IMG/VR virus record: IMGVR_UViG_3300040856_003054
Location: 1-64,000 of that record
Direction: 5' to 3' (one strand)
Length of the DNA: 64,000 nt
Source: a virus
A program made the position numbers and the translations under genes. This document shows positions 59,801-64,000 of the stretch, piece by piece (position 1 is the stretch's first letter; every line of letters starts with the position of its first letter). Below the pieces are notes generated by a model, which was not told where the DNA came from, did not search any database, and saw nothing but the letters and a program-made list of their open reading frames with translations.

Positions 59801-60543
59801 AAGTGAGATTGGGCACGGATAGACCTGCAATTGCGAATGTCCTTAATGAATTAATCAATCAATTCAAAGAGGTTTATGAAATTGATGATCTTCTTGACGA
59901 TGATGGGGATTATCCAGTTGATTTTGTTATTGATGTGCGAGACATTAGAAAACTTATTTGGGAACTCGAAAAATGACCATCAATACCACACAAGTTCTTG
60001 AATTTTTATTTAAATTGCAAAAACTTCGTCTCTGTCCAGAAATAACTATCTTTGATGGAAATTTTATTATCCACTTTGATGATGTTCATGGTCGTGATAT
60101 GACTGAAAGTGTTATTATCACAAAAGAAAGTGTTTGGAATGGGTACGGATCGAGTTTTGATAAACTTATCAGTGTTCTTGATAAAAAAATAATGGAGCAA
60201 GAAAATGAATTACATTATACTTAAAACTGGTTTTGGTAAAGGTATATCTCTTTTCAAATCCACAGAACTAAAAACTTACCACAAAGACGAACTCCCAAAA
60301 GTTCTTTTAACTGTAGGTCAGGAGCTTCTTGATGAAGGGGGATATAATAATGTATATGATTATGAAAGAGATTGCTACCCAGAACCTATTCAAGATAGGA
60401 TTTTGGTTTGTGGAATCTCAACTACTATTGATGGGGAATATATTGGGAATTACATTAGATATCATATCGTTGAAGGTAAAATCAAACAATCTAATGGGGA
60501 ATATGAACTTTACCTCAAACTGAAAGAAAAGTTTGAAAAATAA
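56826..60543 (+). other. Cluster of ~20 small hypothetical early genes with internal paralogs
   Basis: Tightly coupled ORFs, several with TM helices. Confidence 0.7.
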
Positions 60544-60545
60544 CT

Positions 60546-60836
60546 ATGAGAAACTATAAGTTAGAAAAACTCCAAAATGGAGAAACATTCATCACGAGTG
60601 AGAAAGGAAACTCTATGGTTCCTCTTATTCATTCAGGACAAGAACATAAACTATCTCCCGCATCTGTTGAGGATGTAGAAGTCGGAGATATTGTGTATTG
60701 TAAGGTGAATGGAAAGTTTTATACTCATCTTGTAAAAGCAGTAGATACTAACAAAGGTTGCTTGATTGGAAACAATCGTGGTAGGATAAATGGATGGACT
60801 AAAAATGTGTATGGGAAGGTGGTGGAGGTTTTATGA
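60546..60836 (+). CDS. Peptidase S24/S26-like protein
   Basis: GNSMVPLI..GDIV..HLVK. Confidence 0.7.
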   Translation: MRNYKLEKLQNGETFITSEKGNSMVPLIHSGQEHKLSPASVEDVEVGDIVYCKVNGKFYTHLVKAVDTNKGCLIGNNRGRINGWTKNVYGKVVEVL

Positions 60837-60881
60837 TTGAACTGCGGATAGTTGAACCAAAAGATGATATATAAGAGTTGG

Positions 60882-60990
60882 TATAAATAATAATGCTCTA
60901 ATGAGTTCGCATCCATAAGAGTGGAAAAGGTGTCTTCAGGCACCTTTTCTTGTATAAATAGTATTGCGAACTCAATTTAGAAGCAGAACT
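60882..60990 (+). ncRNA. Endonuclease-associated sRNA/leader cassette 4
   Basis: TATAAATA at 60882; arm 60894-60911 complementary to 60965-60985; GAAAAGGTGTC-TTCA-GGCACCTTTTC; TATAAATA at 60953. Confidence 0.7.
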
Positions 60991-61638
60991 ATGGTAAATT
61001 CTAATAGGTTTTATACCTACGCATATTTGCGTGAGGACAAAACTCCTTACTATGTTGGTAAAGGTAGTGGGGATAGAGCATATAAAAGAAATAGGAAAGG
61101 CATTAAACCACCAAAAGATAAATCAAGAATAATTTTTCTAAAACAAAATATAACCGAAGAAGAAGCATTTAAGCACGAAATCTATATGATTGATGTGTTT
61201 GGTAGAAAAGATTTGGGGACAGGTATTCTCATCAATAAAACTGATGGTGGAGATGGTGCTTCTGGTGCTATAAGAAGTGAAAAATTTAAAAGAAATGTAA
61301 GTCAAGTAAAAACAGGAAATAAAAATATGTTAGGTAAAACTCTTTCAGAAGAAACTAAACAAAAAATAAGTGAAGGGAATAAAGGTAAAATTCCTCATAA
61401 TAAGGGTAAATCGCATTCTGAAGAAACTAAAAGAAAACAAAGTGAAGCAAAGAAAGGTAAAAAAAATTATCTTTCCAAATTGTGGAAAATAACTAAAATT
61501 ACTGGTGAAGAAATTTTAGTATGGGGATTATATGGTTGGGGTAAAGAAAATAATTATCATCATAATGGTTTGTATAGTGTATATACGGGGAAATATAAAA
61601 AGCATAAAGATGTTATAAAAGTTGAAGTTGTGGGATGA
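60991..61638 (+). CDS. GIY-YIG-like endonuclease, YTYAYLRED subfamily, with NUMOD3
   Basis: N-terminal ~100 aa highly similar to 51957; HSEETKRKQSE. Confidence 0.88.
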   Translation: MVNSNRFYTYAYLREDKTPYYVGKGSGDRAYKRNRKGIKPPKDKSRIIFLKQNITEEEAFKHEIYMIDVFGRKDLGTGILINKTDGGDGASGAIRSEKFKRNVSQVKTGNKNMLGKTLSEETKQKISEGNKGKIPHNKGKSHSEETKRKQSEAKKGKKNYLSKLWKITKITGEEILVWGLYGWGKENNYHHNGLYSVYTGKYKKHKDVIKVEVVG

Positions 61639-61723
61639 GGACACTTGAATAACTGGCACAAGAGGGCATCCAGAGGGTCTGTGATGCCCTATGATAGTAG
61701 GACAAACAAAGGAGGAACTCCAA

Positions 61724-64000
61724 ATGACTGAACTTCAAACAAAAGTTTTCAATGCTGTCAAATCAGGAACTACCGATGAAGAAAAGACATTTCTTGCTAT
61801 TGACGCATTGAGAATGTGGTATTATGAGCAGGGATATTTTGCTCGTGCTTATAGTCTTGAATCGGAGAACCCACAATGATTGGATCAAATATGTTTAACA
61901 AAATTAAAAATGGATTTTATTGGTATAATAATGCTTTTCAATCTTGGAAAGAATTAATGGTCATTGATAAAAATAATACAGAAAAAATTAAAATCCTTTC
62001 AGACCATATTTTTAGCAATATGAATATTATGACTGGATCTATGAAAGTTTCTAGTAAGGATTGGAAAGAAAAATATATTGCAGAGACAGAATTAAGAAAT
62101 AAAGTGTTTCAAGAACAAGTAGTTCAAAAAATTGAAGCCAATAAGAATATCTCGACAAATGAAACTCACAAGAAATGATAATGATTGATGTATCTTCTCT
62201 TTCCTATGAGGAAGTCCAAAACTTGGAAAAACAAATTAAAGAATACTATGAGTCCAGAAAAGGACTTCGTGGTTATAAGGTGACTTTCTGTGTCCTTTAT
62301 AATCCAAAAAATCACGAAGAAGATATGCTTGTGAATGTAGAGGATTTTGATGAATGGTTGGTAGATGCTATTCCCGACCAAATTATGGGTCCTTTCAACC
62401 TCAAAAACCCAGAAGAAGTGTTTTTGAAGTCGGTTGAAATTATGAACGATAAAGAAATTGAGGTATTCCAATGACTAAATGTATTCGTGACGGAAAACTT
62501 GCCCTTATGTAAAATACGAAGAGATTGAAAAGTGAGTATTCTTGAAGATTTTAGAACTTGGTTGTGGATTATGAAAAATAACTATAATCCACATATGAGT
62601 GAATATTTTTTCAATCGTGTTGGTTCTAACCTTCCAGAACAAACATTTATAAAAGCAGAGGAGATTGAAAATGATTGAAATCAAAAAATCTTATGTCTTG
62701 GAACTAACAGAACAACAAGCAAAAGAACTCTATTGGATTTTGAGAGATGTAGATTTAGAAACTGATAATACACTAAATCTTGTTCATAACGAACTAAAAA
62801 AATTATTTGATACGGGGGTACGATGACTGAACAAAAACTTATTGAACTCTGGGGAGATGGAAGTGAGTTTGGAATGAATACTCTTGGTGCTGGTGTTATG
62901 ACTGGTGCTCTCAATAATGCCTTTCGTGAGGTTGCTGTAAAGTTTGCTCAACGAGTTGCTGAAATTGAATATGAAAGAGGTTATAATGATGGATGGGGTA
63001 GAGAAAAATATTCTGGACTTGTAGGAGACCCACAATGACCCTTGTAGCAATCTTTCACCATCACTCTCAAAATCTTCCTATTGTAATGGAAGTATCTTCA
63101 ACTGAAAAGTTTCGTGATTGTTGCGATACAATTCCAACTGATTGGGCATACCTGATGAATAAAGAAACTGGAGAAATTACATACACTTATAGGAATAAAC
63201 TATGATTGAAGTCCAAAAGAATTACAAAATTACATTCACCGAAGACCAAGCACGACAACTCTATCGTCTTTTACAATCATCATCAAAAGAATTCTCATAT
63301 GGGGAACGATTTGATGAACTGGGATTTCTTCACGATGAACTACAAAAACTATTTGATACGGGGATACGATGAAAGTTTATTCACTCTATAATAAAGAAAA
63401 AACATTTCTGGGAGCATTTCCTTCTAGAGATATGTGTGTAACTTATGCAAAGGTTCTACATCCTAATGCAGATGGTTGGGACTACGACATCCTTGAAGAG
63501 TATTTGAATAGGACACCTTATCAAATGTATACTCCTCCTTATACTACACCTAATACTATTCCTTGCGTTTCTCCTAATTCCACAAAGATTGTTCATAACT
63601 CTCATCCTAATGACCCAAAACCTCATTTTGATACTTATGGTGGAGTGAAAGCAGAACCTTATAAAGATGTGAGTTTAAGTTGGTATGGAGGTTATAGGGA
63701 CCATTTGGGATTATGAACGAAACACTTAATAAGAACCTCACACTCATTCAAGAGGTTGCTACAAAGGCACTTGAAGAACACAAGAATTCCACAGAACGAT
63801 TTGGTGGTGTAAATTATGCTAACTTACGAGTGGTGGATGTATGGGTGAAGTATAGTATTCACGAAGAGGATTTGGAGTATGGTGTGTTGATTGAAGAATG
63901 CTCACCAACTGCTCACGATTTGGAGAGTTATATGGTATTATATCTTGTAGAAAATCTTCCCAAACACTTGGGATTGAATATAGCAGTGGAGTTGGATTGG
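61724..64000 (+). other. Cluster of small hypothetical early genes (61724, 61876, 62175, 62671, 62823, 63202, 63369, 63713 partial)
   Basis: Coupled ORFs; 62671 and 63202 are paralogs. Confidence 0.65.

Larger units (their letters stand above)
49519..61695 (+). repeat. Eight dispersed palindrome/stem-loop early promoters (49519, 51047, 52832, 54015, 56097, 56745, 58529, 61640)
   Basis: GACA-N7-AAC(T/C)G, then a hairpin, then a -10 box exactly 50-51 nt from the GAC. Confidence 0.85.

Noticed and set aside
63206-63391. Track ORF of 61 aa
   Set aside because: The overlapping frame 63202-63372 has an ATG and a clear paralog.

Overview
A 64-kb segment of an AT-rich T4-like cyanophage (cyanomyovirus) genome. 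It runs from the 3' end of a group I intron-split psbA and psbD through an auxiliary and replication block (class II aldolase, glutaredoxin, speD, thyX, phoH, exonuclease, gp33, gp59, gp32). Next comes the baseplate and tail module (gp53, gp48, gp2, gp4, gp54-like, gp26, gp51, two tape-measure-like proteins with peptidoglycan hydrolase domains, hub, CP12, gp5). Two atypical tRNAs, a Mom-like gene, tail-fibre and Gly-rich genes and two 2OG-Fe(II) oxygenases follow, and the last ~15 kb is a hypervariable region of small early genes. Eight free-standing endonuclease genes are scattered through the window. The most striking signal is a cassette upstream of four GIY-YIG genes: late promoter, then a ~50-60 nt hairpin RNA with a terminator, then a second late promoter, then an mRNA leader complementary to that small RNA, with covarying sequences. 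This suggests a nuclease/antisense-sRNA system. Other highlights are an NtcA box with a tandem glutamine riboswitch and DUF4278 peptide, a likely -1 frameshift joining gp26 to gp51, an HLR1 (RpaB) site in the psbD promoter, and eight rigidly spaced palindrome/stem-loop early promoters. All annotations come from reading the sequence by eye; no searches were run.
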